DNA from: the human T2T-CHM13v2.0 reference genome, Homo sapiens | Direction: 5' to 3' (one strand) | Assembly (NCBI RefSeq): GCF_009914755.1 | Contig: NC_060941.1 | DNA: 64,000 nucleotides | Part shown: positions 1 to 15,977 of the stretch, in pieces | Layout: every line of letters starts with the position of its first letter | How positions within the stretch are numbered: position 1 is the first letter of the stretch | Translations under genes and position numbers: made by a program | The notes under the pieces: model-generated | What the model was told of the DNA's origin: nothing | What the model saw: only the letters and a program-made list of their open reading frames with translations | Database searches by the model: none

Positions 1-112
1 GAAGGTCTTGGGGTCATGGAATATGTGCAGCACATGGGGTCCAGAGGTCTGAGTTCAAGTTCTACCTTAAGGATATATATATATAACCTTGAGTCACACA
101 CACTATACACTC

Positions 113-420
113 TTTTTTTTTTTTTTTTTTTTTTTTTTTGAGACAGAGTCTTACTCTCTCACCCAGGCTGGAGTGCAGTAGTACAATCTTGGCTCACTGC
201 AACCTCCCCCTCCTGGGCTGAAGCAATCCTCTCACCTCAGCCACCAAGTAGCTGGGACTACAGGCATGAGCCACCATGCCTGGCTAATTTTTGTACTTTT
301 TGTACAGGCAGGGTTTCACCATATTGCCCACACTGGTCTCAAACTCTTGAGGTCAAGCAATCCACTTGCTTCAGCCTCCAAAAGTGTTGGGATTACAGGC
401 ATCAGCCACCATGCCCAGCC
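113..420 (-). mobile_element. Alu (AluJ-like), inserted into a MIR-family relic
   Basis: Poly-T followed by the reverse-complement Alu dimer ending ...atgcccagcc; MIR-like sequence resumes at 421 (tcagtttcct...ttgtgaagattaaa). Confidence 0.95.
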
Positions 421-543
421 TCAGTTTCCTTCCCCAGAAAATTGTATATCTTGTAGGGTTATTGTGAAGATTAAAGTGGAATGTGCATGCAAAAGTACTT
501 TGCAAACCACAAAGCTCTAGGTTGGTGTAAATAACTGAACTTT

Positions 544-755
544 TAAAAAAAATTTACTTTAAGTTCTGGGATACAACGTGCAGAACGTGCAGGTTTGTTA
601 CATAGGTATACATGTGCCATGGTGGTTTGCTGCACCTATCAACTCGCCCTCTAGGTTTTAAGCTCTGCATGCATTAGGTATTTGTCCTAATTCTCTCCCT
701 CCCCTTGCCCCCTACCCACCGACAGGCCCTGGTGTGTGATGTTCCCCTCCCTATG
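544..755 (-). mobile_element. L1PA (L1PA8-like) 3' UTR fragment, 5' truncated
   Basis: Reverse L1 3' end (actttaagttctgggataca...gtgcaggtttgttacatagg); 14-bp TSD aataactgaacttt 530-543 / aatgactgaacttt 756-769. Confidence 0.92.
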
Positions 756-1934
756 AATGACTGAACTTTATATCAATGCGTTTGTGTCAATGTTCTGCTA
801 TAAAGCACTGCAATCCTTTTTAACTTTTAAAAATGGAAATAACTTTTTTTTTTAGTTCTTGGTAATATACAATCATTGTAAAAAATTAAAGCAAAATGAG
901 AAAGTGCAAGTTTCTTTAATCTCAACTGTTGCTGACACTTTCTAATTCTTATTTATTTAATGATATCTCAATATATTAACTGAAAAAAGTTTCAAACATT
1001 TTTGTAGTATGGTCCTATTTACGGCTTAGGAATTACTGCCAATCAAATATTAGTGACAAGAATAAACATGCAATACGCTACGTTAAGATTATATGATCTC
1101 TTAGAGACTTTTATAATTCTCAAATTCTATCAATTATTGCTAAAGATCCTTTATGTATTTAAACTAGAATAGAGTACTAGTTAGAATTTAGGTTCTACAT
1201 GGTAAAAATGGAGATAATACAAGTGCAAATTCATAGTTTGAATGAAGATTAAATTAGATAATGCACAGTATTTTCATAAAGCAACAGAAAAGTTAGTTGC
1301 TATGATTATCAATAATACATTTAGGTTATTTTGTTACTTGCTTTTGCTAAAGGACTTGCTTATTGATGACCACAGGGTAGTTTATCTGATTAACCTGTGA
1401 TTACTGGGGATAAATAAAGTAGAAGGCTTTAGGAAATAAGATTGTTAATTTACAAGGTTGGGAGGTAGTGCAGAAGTAATTATGAAGACTGTGGAGGTTG
1501 GAAGCAGTGGGTGGGGACAAGTAGGTAGTCCGGCTAGGTGATGGCCTGGGACTTTCTGATCTGTGGTGTCTGGCTGTCGCTTCTTTGGTCATAAACTCTT
1601 AACTACTGTTCCTGAGATTTCATGTGCATTTCCCTATACAAATCTTTAGTGCTACTGCCAGACTGTTAATATGTGAGGAGATAGTGCTTGCTTTTTTTCT
1701 CTGACAATGACAAGAAACTTATTATATGAACCACGTCAAAATTCCATAGTAATTTTTTTCTCCATTTGATCTAACTCCAAAGTCTTTTCCCTACCTCTTA
1801 TTAAAATTTAAATGTTATACGTGCAACACTTGGAACAGAACAAGAGGCACAGGATCTTTTAAAGTTTAAAGGTTACTTTTAAAAAATCACATTTGCTAAG
1901 GGAATTTCTTCTGTATCTTTGAAAAGCTGTTAAA

Positions 1935-1936
<2 letters not shown>

Positions 1937-1966
<30 letters not shown>
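1937..1966. repeat. (CA)n microsatellite
   Basis: Uninterrupted CA run. Confidence 0.95.
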
Positions 1967-1968
<2 letters not shown>

Positions 1969-3070
1969 CTCCCAGCTGTCAATGAATGGTATAAATAACA
2001 ATTGTGACTTTAACCACAACAAAAATGTGTTACTTCTTAGGTCGTCTTTGAGGTTTTCCTTTTAGGAACTGTTTCTAGGAGCCAAGTTTTGGTTTTGTTT
2101 TGTTTTTTTTTTCTGCGATCACGGCTGACTGACTGAGGACTTCAGGCTGTTTACGCGGGAGAGCTTTAGATATGTTTATTTGTATGGCATTGTATCAAGG
2201 CCTTCAAATATTTGCTGGGAGGTTTGGTGGAAAATGTCTAGACCAGTGCAAACACTGCAGGCCCCAGAGAAATCCAAGAAGCTCAAGGAACCATTCAAGA
2301 ACCCGTGCTTTATCCTATTGTCATTACAAGGAATTACAAGGAAATCTTCTGAATCTTTGTCAGACTGGATGAGCCCATCAAAGAGGGTCCAAGTCAATAA
2401 AGGATCTTGATTTCACCACGCCTGGTTTCGTTCATTCCACAGCGATGAGAAGTAGAGTGGAAAGCCATCGATCTAAGAGGCAGGCGAGCTTCATACCAGC
2501 CCTACATCAGCTACTCACTTGCTGGATCACTCTGCCAAGTCACTGGCCCTCTCGGGGCTCTGGTTTTCTCAGGTTTAAATGAAAGTGGTTAAGTAAAAGA
2601 ATGTCTAAGCTCCCTTTCTTTGATCCTATCTACCTATTAAATAACTTTTAAGTGTAGTCATTGAACCAGGTCTGCAGTAAAAGATACAAAGAAAAAAATA
2701 TAAAATGAGATCCCTTGTCTCAAGAAAGTTTGATTGGATATTTAAGCCTCTTTTATTATTTCTCAGCTCCTAGGAGTTTCTTGGAAGCTCATAATCTCAC
2801 AGAGTATATGTGGCCACAGGCAAATACATAATAAATCATTTATCGATGTTACATCACGAGATAAAATAATATCATCTATGTTGCCGGGCTTTGGGGCCAC
2901 CCAGGTGGCCAACACACAAATAGATACACCTATAATAACTGTTATTTTATGTGTAATAACAGCTATATCGGGCTCCTACTATGTACCTAGCTCTCTGCTA
3001 GATGTTAAAAGCCTTATCTCTGAAACCCTCATGACAATCTTGTAAGGTAGGCAGTGCTATCTCCGTTTTA

Positions 3071-3433
<363 letters not shown>

Positions 3434-3533
3434 CTAACATCATGTAGCTAAGAAGGGGCTGCAGCTCTTTCGATTCCAAAGTCTAATCTCCTTTCACTGT
3501 ACCTCTGCCTCTGGGTTTAATGTTTTGCATTTT

Positions 3534-3834
3534 TTTGGTTTGTTTTTTGCTTTGAGATGGATTCTCACTCTGTCCCCCAGGCTGGAGTGAGGTGGCGCAA
3601 TCTTGGCTCACTGCAAGCTCCGCCTCCCTGGTTCAAGCCATTCTCCTGCCTCAGCCTCCTGAGTAGCTGGGACTACAGGCGCCTGCCACCACGCATGGCT
3701 AGTTTTTTGTATTTTTAGTAGAGACGGGGTTTCACCATGTTAGCCAGGATGGTCTCGATCTCCTGACCTCATGATCTGCCCACCTCGGCCTCCTAAAGTG
3801 CTGGGATTACAGGCATGAGCCACTGTACTCGGCC
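3534..3834 (-). mobile_element. Alu (AluSc/Y-like)
   Basis: Reverse Alu dimer; TSD atgttttgcatttt at 3520-3533 and 3835-3848. Confidence 0.95.
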
Positions 3835-3855
3835 ATGTTTTGCATTTTAAGAAGC

Positions 3856-3866
3856 TATATATATAT

Positions 3867-3938
<72 letters not shown>
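3856..3938. repeat. Compound (TA)n(TC)n(CA)n microsatellite
   Basis: Three adjoining dinucleotide runs. Confidence 0.95.
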
Positions 3939-3940
<2 letters not shown>

Positions 3941-4189
3941 CGGGATTTTGAAGATAAGTAGACTGAAGCACAGGTTGCTTAAATGATGTGTCCCAAATCC
4001 CTTCACTAGAGACTGGCAGACGAGGGACCTGAATGAAGCCAGGTGCTCTGACTCAAGAAAATGTTCTCTTACCCTGCAGCACCGCTTGTGCAGCGTGCCC
4101 CAGCTGACACGGTTTTGTAAGATTCCTTGAACTCTCCTAGGTGGGGCAGGCATGCCACACGTCCCCTCCCTGCATTGTTCATATGCTGC

Positions 4190-5386
<1,197 letters not shown>

Positions 5387-5949
5387 TGACAGGTCTTAGG
5401 GCCTCATCTCTTCCTGATCTGCAGACCGGATCATTTTTATCTCAGTCACATGTTCAGTCTTTTGAGATGTGGTATGGCCACTCATTTATCACTGACTCTC
5501 ACTTAAGCCCAGTTCCTACCTAAGATGCTCTCCACAGAGGCTTGGGTGAGGCTGCAGTCATGCCAGCTTCTGCTCTCATCCCACATTCTTTGAGTTTAAT
5601 GAGGGAGCCTCCCTCAGGCACCATCCTGGACCTTTTCATAAGACCCTGCCTTCACAGACAACATTCTCGGTTTCAGGAGCCATAGAGCTGTTGAAGGTCA
5701 ACCATTCAACTTACTGAGTATTAATTATTCAAATGTGTCTGGTTGTACAGGAGGCCTTCAGCCAGCAATGAAATGGAGGGTGAACCAGGATGAGGGAGAA
5801 AGTTCATATTAATGGCACCTCTTTCCCCATCTCAAAGGGGTAACTGCCCTTGAAAGAGCCCCTGTAGTTCGGGGTTGAAGAGAGTGCAGGAGCACAGGAG
5901 GAGAGAAGGCTATTCAATTTGTAATTTGCAAAAAAAGAAGCCATTTATC

Positions 5950-6209
5950 AAAGTTTGTGCTTGAGATATTTAATAATAGAACTGCCCTTCAAGGTTTCCT
6001 TAAGGGTAATATTGCTGATTAAAAAGGAAACATGCTCTCTCATTTTGCAATTGAAGAAACAGCCACATAGAGTCGGGTGGTGATTCTCAAAGGACAACAG
6101 CAACCCAATCAATTCTACCCCTTGTATCAAGGGACAGTCATGTTCACCTCCATCCATGAGAATTATGTCCCACGCCATCTTTGCAGGAGTATGTCATCAC
6201 GAAAGTTAC
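5950..6209 (-). other. Candidate terminal exon of a minus-strand transcript
   Basis: Minus strand reads tttcacttctttttctttgtctcgatggCAG|GTAAC (AG at 6210-6211), then ATTAAA at 5969-5974 and a downstream U-rich tract; non-repetitive sequence. Confidence 0.3.
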
Positions 6210-7660
6210 CTGCCATCGAGACAAAGAAAAAGAAGTGAAACTCACCCACCACTCAAACCCCAAACAGTGTTGGGTCAGGGGTGAGAGCAGGGCAGGCAGA
6301 ACTGGGCAGAACGTTAGCATTGGTGTCCCGGCTGGGATGGCCTTTAAAGGTCAGCCAGGGCAAACTTGGAGGTCACCTGCACTTGGGGAAGCTGAGGTGC
6401 AGAGAGGATGAGTGACTCCGGGGCCCTGGCCACACAGGGTGTTAGTGACTAAAAAGCAGCCAGAATTCTGTCACCGTGAGTCTCCACATACAGCTATGTC
6501 CAGGGTCCTTAAATGACCTTGGCAACCCACTGCTTTTGTACCCTTATGTTCCACAGGAGGAAACAGACCCATAAGGCAGAAGAGCAACGAGGCCAAGGAG
6601 ACCAGAGAAGATATTTAATGTGGACCTTTACCCCATTGGCTTCCCTTGAGTTTATTTAAGCAGGACTTTCGGTTCTTTCTCTCTTCCTTTCCTTCAGTGT
6701 CACAGCAACTTTATATCGATTTTGTCTAGTCCCTCAGGAAATGGTCTTGTGAACTTGAAAAACAAAGGCCTAAATTCACGGAACCAAGTTAGTTTCTAGC
6801 ACTGTCTCTTCTGTTCCATGCCAGTGTTTCTGCCCAGAAAAATGGGGTCAGTTTGGTCAGAGTGGAGGGAAGAGGAGAGATTCAGTGGACTCCCCCAGAG
6901 TCATAGCTTAGCAATGAGAAGACAGGGATGCATAGGATAATCTCCCCAAATTAGACTATCCCACTGTTCTCAGCATACAGCGGGTGCTTTAGCAAATAAT
7001 GATTGCATTGCTTTGTTAGGTGCCATGCCGGAAAATTTACAGGCTACCAATTTTACAACAGACCAATGGACAAGTATATTGATCACCCAACTACTCTATG
7101 TCCAGAGTTATAATTGGAATTGTCCAAAAGTCAAGAGACATATAGCTTTACCCTGGGGGGCCTTGAAATCTCATTGGGAAGCCAGTTCTATTACACATAA
7201 CACACCTTGAGCAAAATACAGGACAGCTCCTGTATAAGACCGTGTAACATTGATGGGATTGTAGAGAGAGGATTTAAAAGCAATCTCTCTCCATCATCAC
7301 GCCCATGTAACAATAATGATAGTAATAATCATAGCTGCCCTTTTTTGAGCAGTTAACTGTAGTTACTACCAGGCACATGCTAAGCTCTTTAAAGATATCA
7401 TCTCATTTACTCTGGACAACAAACCTACCAGTACTAATATTATCTCCTTGTCAAAGGTCATGTAGCTAAAAGTGTAGAGCCAGAATTGGAATCTGGGCCC
7501 CTTTTATAAACCCTAACCCTAAAGCCATGTTTTTAGCATTGACACCCACAGCCCACCCTCAGCCACTCTAGTCCTCTGTGTGTAGGTAGCTCCTTGAAAG
7601 ATGACTGTACCTTTTAAACTTTCTCTCTGCGTCCTCTGGCCACCATGTTCTGGTCCAGAT

Positions 7661-7840
7661 CAGTGGTCCTCAAACTCTCGGACACCCACCACATAATAGA
7701 GGGTCCTGATGAGTGAGAAAGAAAGGGGAACTGCTCGTCATCTGTGTCCCATTTGCGTCCACCCACCCCTGGAAGTGAGGGCCACACACACACCCTGTCC
7801 CAATGTTGTCACTCAGGTGGAAACAAGTTGAGAACCACAG
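7661..7840. mobile_element. hAT-Charlie-type MITE (MER5/MER112-like)
   Basis: Terminal inverted repeats cagtggtcctcaaact ... aagttgagaaccacag. Confidence 0.5.
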
Positions 7841-8289
7841 TTTTGGGGTCACCCCTGTTGCTCTCGTCCCATTTTGCACTTTCCCTTCCTGCTTTCCTGT
7901 GGCTGACCCTGCTCTGCTGATGTCTGTCTTAAACCCCAAGGATCAAACTGTTTCTGAAGCTCAGCCAACCAACTCTCCTTCATCTCCCGGGAGTCTCCTA
8001 GGGTCCTCAGGGTGCTCCCAGCTCCTGAGCCAGTTATTTTTCCCTAGGCGTGTTCCGATGTCATGAATGCCAAATCATTGCCCCCGCCTTGTGGCTGTGC
8101 CTGGGAATTACAGCTCTCCTGCTCGTAAGGACAACTGGGTGCCCAGAATACAGGTTTACGTTGCATCCCTCTCCCACTGCTATACTCACCCCGTCTCCCA
8201 GAGTGGAAGTACCTTAAGTTAACAAGCCCACTTGACATCCTCAAATTCCACCATGCCTTCAGGACACGTCAACATTAAAATCACCCCGG

Positions 8290-9058
8290 TACTGCCACTA
8301 CTTACTACCACCACTCAATTCCTGCCACCACGACTAATACCCTACTCTGCAACCACTACCATTACTACTGCTACCACCACTTCTATCACGGTTAATATCA
8401 CTACTACAACAACCATTACAACCTCTATTAATACTACCATTACTACCACTACATGACTAGTGCTATGGTCACGCCTACCACCATTAATACCACTACTATT
8501 GCCACTACCACCACCACCACTAGTGTTACTATCACTACAACCACCACTAATGCCACTACTATTACCATGATTACCACTATTAATACTGCTACTACTACTA
8601 CCACTACCACTATTAATACCACCACCACCAATATACCACTATTTTTTTTTTTAAGAGTTGGTGTCTCGCTGTGTTGCCCGGGCTGGAATGCAGTGGTGCA
8701 ATAATAGCTCACTGCAGCCTTGAACTCCTGGGCTCAAGTAATCCTCCTGTCTCAGCCCCCAAATAGCTGGGACTACAGGTGCATGCCAGCACACTTGACC
8801 AATTTTTAAAAATTTTTTCCAGAAATGGGGTCTTGAACTCCTGCCCTCAAGCAATCCTCCTGCCTTGGCCTTCCAAAGTGCTGGGATTACAGGTGTGAAC
8901 CACAGCACTTGGCCACTATGATTACTATTAATTACACTCCTGCCATTATGAATCCCACCCCTACCACTGCCACTCCTACCACTGTTCATACCATTCCTAG
9001 TACCACTACCACCACCACTACTACTATTGCTATTGTTGCTGCTGTTACTGCTGCTACT
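8290..9058. repeat. Degenerate (ACC/ACT/ATT)n trinucleotide low-complexity tract, split by an Alu
   Basis: Hundreds of bp of accactact-type triplets giving spurious poly-Thr and poly-Val ORFs. Confidence 0.9.
8642..8914 (-). mobile_element. Alu (AluJ-like) with an internal deletion
   Basis: Reverse Alu; ggggtct joins directly to tgaactcc, losing the ctatgttgcccaggct segment. Confidence 0.9.
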
Positions 9059-9183
9059 GAAGACTTACTGTGCGCTTGGCTCATGATCTTTTTCTTATAT
9101 TATCTCATGTAATTCTTACAGCAACTCTTGAAGTAGGAAATATAATTATCCTCATTTTACAGATAAGATAATCAGGACTTGGG

Positions 9184-9472
9184 GGCTGGGCATGGTGGCT
9201 CACACCTGTAATCCCAGCACTTTGGGAGGCCGAGGCGGGCGGATCACGAGGTCAGGAGATCGAGACCATCCTGGCTAGTGCAGTGAAACTCCGTCTCTAC
9301 TAAAAATACAAAAAAATTAGCTGGGAGTGGTGGTGGGTGCCTGTAGTCCCAGCTAACTCAGGAGGCTGAGGCAGGAGAATGGAGTGAGCCTGGGAGGCGG
9401 AGTTTGTAGTGAGCCGAGATCGTGCCACTCCAGCCTGGGTGACAGAGCGAGACACCGTCTCAAAAAAAAAAA
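9184..9472 (+). mobile_element. Alu (AluY/Sc-like), within a MIR
   Basis: Alu dimer; 19-bp TSD aagataatca(g/t)gacttggg at 9165-9183 and 9471-9489. Confidence 0.95.
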
Positions 9473-9739
9473 GATAATCATGACTTGGGAGTCCTTTGAA
9501 TTGTCATAGCTCCCTCTGCTAGTAAGAGGCAAATCAGGATATGAACCCAAATTGTCTGGCATCAGAGCCCATGCACTTAACCCCCAGCGTGAGGAAGCGA
9601 CACTGGCTTTGGAGTCAGAGAGACCCAGGTTAGACTCCTCACCTTGCTGGGTAACCAGGCGAGTGAGTCTTCTTTGTAAGATGGGGTTTCCCCTTGCAAG
9701 GCTAGGGTTCTTTTGAGAATTAAATGAGATGATATATAT

Positions 9740-9941
9740 CGGGATGTCCAATCTTTTGACTTGCCTGGGCCACATTGGAATAAAAATTGTTTTGGGCCAC
9801 ATATAAAATACACTAACACTAACGATAGCTGATGAGCTAAAAAAAATAATGTTTTAAGAAAATTTACAAATTTGTGCTGGTCTGCATTCAAAGCTGTCCC
9901 AGGCCACATGTGGCCCATGGGCCATGGGTTGGACAGGCTTG
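9740..9941. mobile_element. MER30 (hAT-Charlie MITE), inserted in a MIR
   Basis: MER30 body (aatacactaacactaacgatagctgatgagct) with TIRs; 8-bp TSD atatatat 9732-9739 / atacatat 9942-9949, the typical hAT length. Confidence 0.9.
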
Positions 9942-12076
9942 ATACATATGAAACATGTAGCAGAAAGGCTGCACGTAATCCGCCCTGCCTCCCAGGGAGC
10001 CTGGCTGACCTGTCTTGTGAGTCTCTGCTCACAGCCAACAATAGGTCCTCTGCAAGAACCTACTGTTGGATAACTCACTCTCCACTCAGGCCATACATAC
10101 AACTTGTTAATGATTCATTCCTTCCTTCATTCACCCACATATCACACATTTATTGAACACCTCCTATATGGTAGGCATGGTGCTTGGACCTGGGGATGTG
10201 GTCACTGCCCTTGTGTCATACACCCTACTAGAATTTTCTGTGTGCCAACTACAGGACATGCAAAGAGCAGTGTGGAACAGTTGAGGCACAGAGCATCTGG
10301 TGAGCTTGGAAAGGGGGATAAAACAAGAAAATCAATGACTAGGCACAATGAAGATGAAGATAAACATCTTAGGAGATTGGGGAATGGATAGTCTTATCAA
10401 AAGATAGAGACATCCCACTGGTGGAAGAATTGGGCAAATTCTGGTGGCATCAGTTGGAAGGAGCGGAAGGAAATGGCAAAGGTAGCAGCTGGAGAAACAT
10501 CCTGGGTAATTAGTTTTTTTCACTGAGGGGCCACTGAACCTCTTGCTCATCCTTCACTATTTAGAGAGCACTTCTAATAACCAATGATTGTCTCACAGCA
10601 GCTTCACTGGCGTGGGGAGAGCTGGACCTTAGCGGCTCCTCCACAATCAATGGATAACCACATGGAAACACTCCTACTCTAACCAGGCTCTGTGCTGGAC
10701 TCCAGTCCTCATCACTGAGAGGCGGGCTTCCATGCTGCAGATGAGAAAATGAAGACTCAGAGACGTTCGGTGACTTACTAAAGTTACTGAATGCAGAAGT
10801 CAGGATGCAAACCTGGATTCATCTAGTGCCAAAGGCCACATTCTTTCCATCATGGAACACTTTTCTTTTACTGAGAAGGCAGGAAGCCTGGTGAACTCTC
10901 ACTCAGTTCTGATCATGCAGGCAGAGGGCCATGTTCTCCATATAAAGGGGACAGTGCCTAGAGCCACACAGGGTGTTGAGAGGCTGAAACAGACTTTGGG
11001 TGGTGTGGTGTTGTGAGAGGCTGCAGAGTGCAGCAACTGGTGTCAGGCAGACCTGGACTTGAATCTCAGCTGGGCAAGTTTTTTTGTTTTAACCCCATTC
11101 AAAAATGCCAGTCCAACTATTTCCCTCTGTAATCATGTTTTAGCTGCTATACACATTTTAATGAAAATTATAATCGTACTGTAGGTTTAAGCCTTGATTT
11201 TCTCACCTGCAAGCTGATAATGTCTATTATAGGATTGTACATGGGGATGAAAACAGTTAACACAGGAGGAGCTCCACAAAGCACAGGCATACAGTAAGCA
11301 CCCAATGCATATTTTTCACTAGGAGAAGGACCTAGAACAATGCTGAGGACATTGTTCTAAGACAATGCTGGGGTGCTCAGGATGTGGCTGCTAATGTTTC
11401 ACTTTTTCTGGAGCCTGACAGAATCCTGGGCACTGTACCCCTAACTGATATAGTCAAGAGGGTGTTTCATGAACTTATGAATTTTTATAAGGTTCTACTT
11501 TTGCAATTTCATGTAATGCTCCAGTGCCGTTGGACACGTCAGCTCCTGACCTTTCAGTTGGTGAGGCACTTCCCATAAACAGAGCCATAAAAGCCCACTG
11601 GTTTTCTCCTTGGTGTGTGAGTTTGTTTGGTGCTCTCCCTTTCTCCTTCGCCATTTGAATAGTGATGTCATTATTCCAACGTCCTCTCACCTCTACTGAA
11701 AAAGGCCTACCAGTGACTCTCTCCTGGGTACTCAGCAACACTCTGGAGGGAAGTTGTGGTTTCAGCAAGGTGCAAGCATCATGAAACCGAGAGAGAACTG
11801 GCAGGGTGGAGAACTCACCCAAAGGTAGGAGAGAGAGAAAAACACTCACATGCTTTTATTAAGCTTCAGACAGTGGTCAAGTCAGTCTTTATTATTAATT
11901 TTTTTAAGACTTGCTGTTAAGACATTAGCATAACACCATTTAAGGAACTATAAATAGAATAAAGCACCACCCATTCCCCACGACCAAATGCTAGCCCAAT
12001 TATTTCCATTTAAAAGTGATCACTTTTAAATGCTATACATATTTTAATAAAAATTATAATTATACTATAGGTTTAA

Positions 12077-12551
<475 letters not shown>

Positions 12552-13621
12552 TGAATGGAACAGGCAGAGGTATCAGAGTCACAAAGCCTTGGGTTCAAGC
12601 CTTGCTTCTGACACTTACTACTCAAATGACCTTGGCTCAGTTACTGCTTTGTGCTTTGAGCCTATTTTCTCATCTGTGAAGTGGGAGGTCACACAGACGT
12701 GGCAGGGTTACTGTGAGGTTTAGAAGTAAAGCATGTAAAGGCCTGGCAGAGAATTTCTTCAGCCAATGGTAGCTGTTCTTAGAGATGTGCTGTTGTTGAC
12801 CTTATTGTTGGACAGTTCTCGATGACGCCATGATGGGTATCTTTTATAATGTCTGTTCTTTTTTTGACTTCTCTTCTGAGGAAAAGTTCCAGGAGTGGGA
12901 TTTTTAGCCCAAGAGTATAGACATTTTTGTGGCTTTTGACATGTATTGCCAATTTGCCTTCTAGAAAGCTGATACGAATTCACATAATCATTGGCAATGT
13001 AATTAGTATTTGATCCAAAGCTAGTAGCAAAAGTAGGTGTGCAACTAGTGACGTTAGTAACTCAGGTCAGTAATAAGTAGGTTCTTTAGGAACCAAGAGG
13101 CTGCAGTTTGTGGAATTTTGATGTTGGAAGCCAGAAATTTGAAGACAGTAGGAAGTAATAGAAATTAGGCTGGGCATAGTTGCAGACCAGCAAAAGGCAG
13201 ATATTTACCATCTGTGAGTTTGTTAACGCATATATTCCTTCAGGGCTCAAGTATTTGATATTAAAACAGGATTCTTCCTAAATTTATTTCTGGTTTAAAA
13301 CCATATCAGTGCTATGATCTTTTCATTTATATTTTATGTTTTCTAACACATCTCTTGAGTGGGGTGGAGAGAGCACTGTGTTGAGAATTGTTTGATCTGG
13401 ATTCGGGGACTGATTCTCTCATTACCTCACAGTGTAATTTGGGGGAAAATCGCTGCTTATTCCCCAAATTCCTATGCCTTCCACAGTGAGACTCACTGCT
13501 GTGGCGGCCATGTTCCTGGTGCCTGATGGTTTACAGCTTTTGAGCTTTCAAAAACCAGTCCTGAAGTTCTCTGTGACAATACGCCAAGGGGACTTAATAA
13601 AAAATTTCTGTATTTAATTAA

Positions 13622-13934
<313 letters not shown>

Positions 13935-14215
13935 TAAATGCATTAAAAATACCCTATGGATATTTGCAGGCCAGTCCTCTCTTCTCCTTGCTGGACCTTG
14001 GTTTCCCTGGAAACCAAAGGGTTGATTTAGGCAACTGTTGAGGTCCCTCCTTCTCTGAAAGTACCCCCACCCCATGCTAAGGTTGAGGGTTACTGTAGCT
14101 CTGCTGTGCCGGCCACTGCTCTGCTTCCACTGTGCATTTAGGGCCTGTGGATTTTGTAGAACTCCACTAAGTTTAGCTGCTTTCTCCTTGTCAATCTTCA
14201 AGAAAGTAAGGATTG

Positions 14216-14610
<395 letters not shown>

Positions 14611-15545
14611 CTATTTCAAAGAACTCTTTGGGGAGTTCGGGGTCAGTTTTGGTGTGCCCATGACACTGGGGAGCAGTGCAGACCCTGGGCACCACTCAGC
14701 TCTAAGCAGGCTCGGGGGATCCCATCTCAGTTTCTCTTGCAGGAAGTGACTATGGCCTGAGGGCCCTAGACACTTTACGGGCCACATTCATTGCCAGTGA
14801 AAGAAAAGTGCCCAGGGCAATATAATTAAATGTAGATGAGATTATTACTGGAATAGGGTTTTTTTTTTCTCTTTAAAAATAAAAACAGCAGGTTGGTGGC
14901 ATCAGAGAAGTGTAGTGAAGGCGCTCTCTAGAACAACACAAGCTACAGGTATGAAAATTTATAGGCAGATGGCCAGCCCCTATCATTGCAATTTCTCCGT
15001 CTTTCAACGCCATACCAACAATTCAGGAATTCTCAACGTTTCTGGGATGGTTTCTCCAAGCAGGTGGGCTCAGAGGGACCAGATAGGCTGACATCTGTGC
15101 AATGTAATCTGATGAAATGACCTGATGTAGTTATGCTGCAGTGGCATTTGTGGGTACATAAGAAGATGGGGTTCCCCCTGCCCATAAGGAGGTGTGACTT
15201 AAGGAGGTGGCCTTGGCGTAGTTTTGCTTCAGAACTCAGGAAAAAAAATGTTGGCATTAGTCACTAAGGAGGGAAGTGGCTGGAATGCAAAGAAATATAT
15301 CAGGGGGGTCCTTTTCTGTGGTTCACACAGAGAAATAATTTGTTCTTCCTTTTCCTGTGCACCTAGAATAATATGTATGAACAGGCAACCCTCCACCATA
15401 ACTGTAGTGTATTTTCCTGTAGTCACTAAAGCTGAGCTTTGAGAGTCTGGGTGTTCCTTTCTAAAACTTTGTTGTTCTTTTTAAACTCACCATCTCCAAC
15501 CCCCACATTGCCAATGTTCATAACACAGTGTCTGGTTGTATTGGA

Positions 15546-15932
<387 letters not shown>

Positions 15933-15977
15933 CCCAGAACCCCAGGCACCCAAGATGTATATGTAGGGATGTGCTCG

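Noticed and set aside
2172-2410. Three overlapping short ORFs suggesting a coding exon or pseudogene
   Set aside because: No recognisable protein, no clear splice pair, no TSD or tail I can support.
8232-9112. Thr-rich, mucin-like ORFs and antisense Val-rich ORFs
   Set aside because: They come from a degenerate trinucleotide tract with a stop/frame break and an Alu in the middle; no signal peptide or exon structure.
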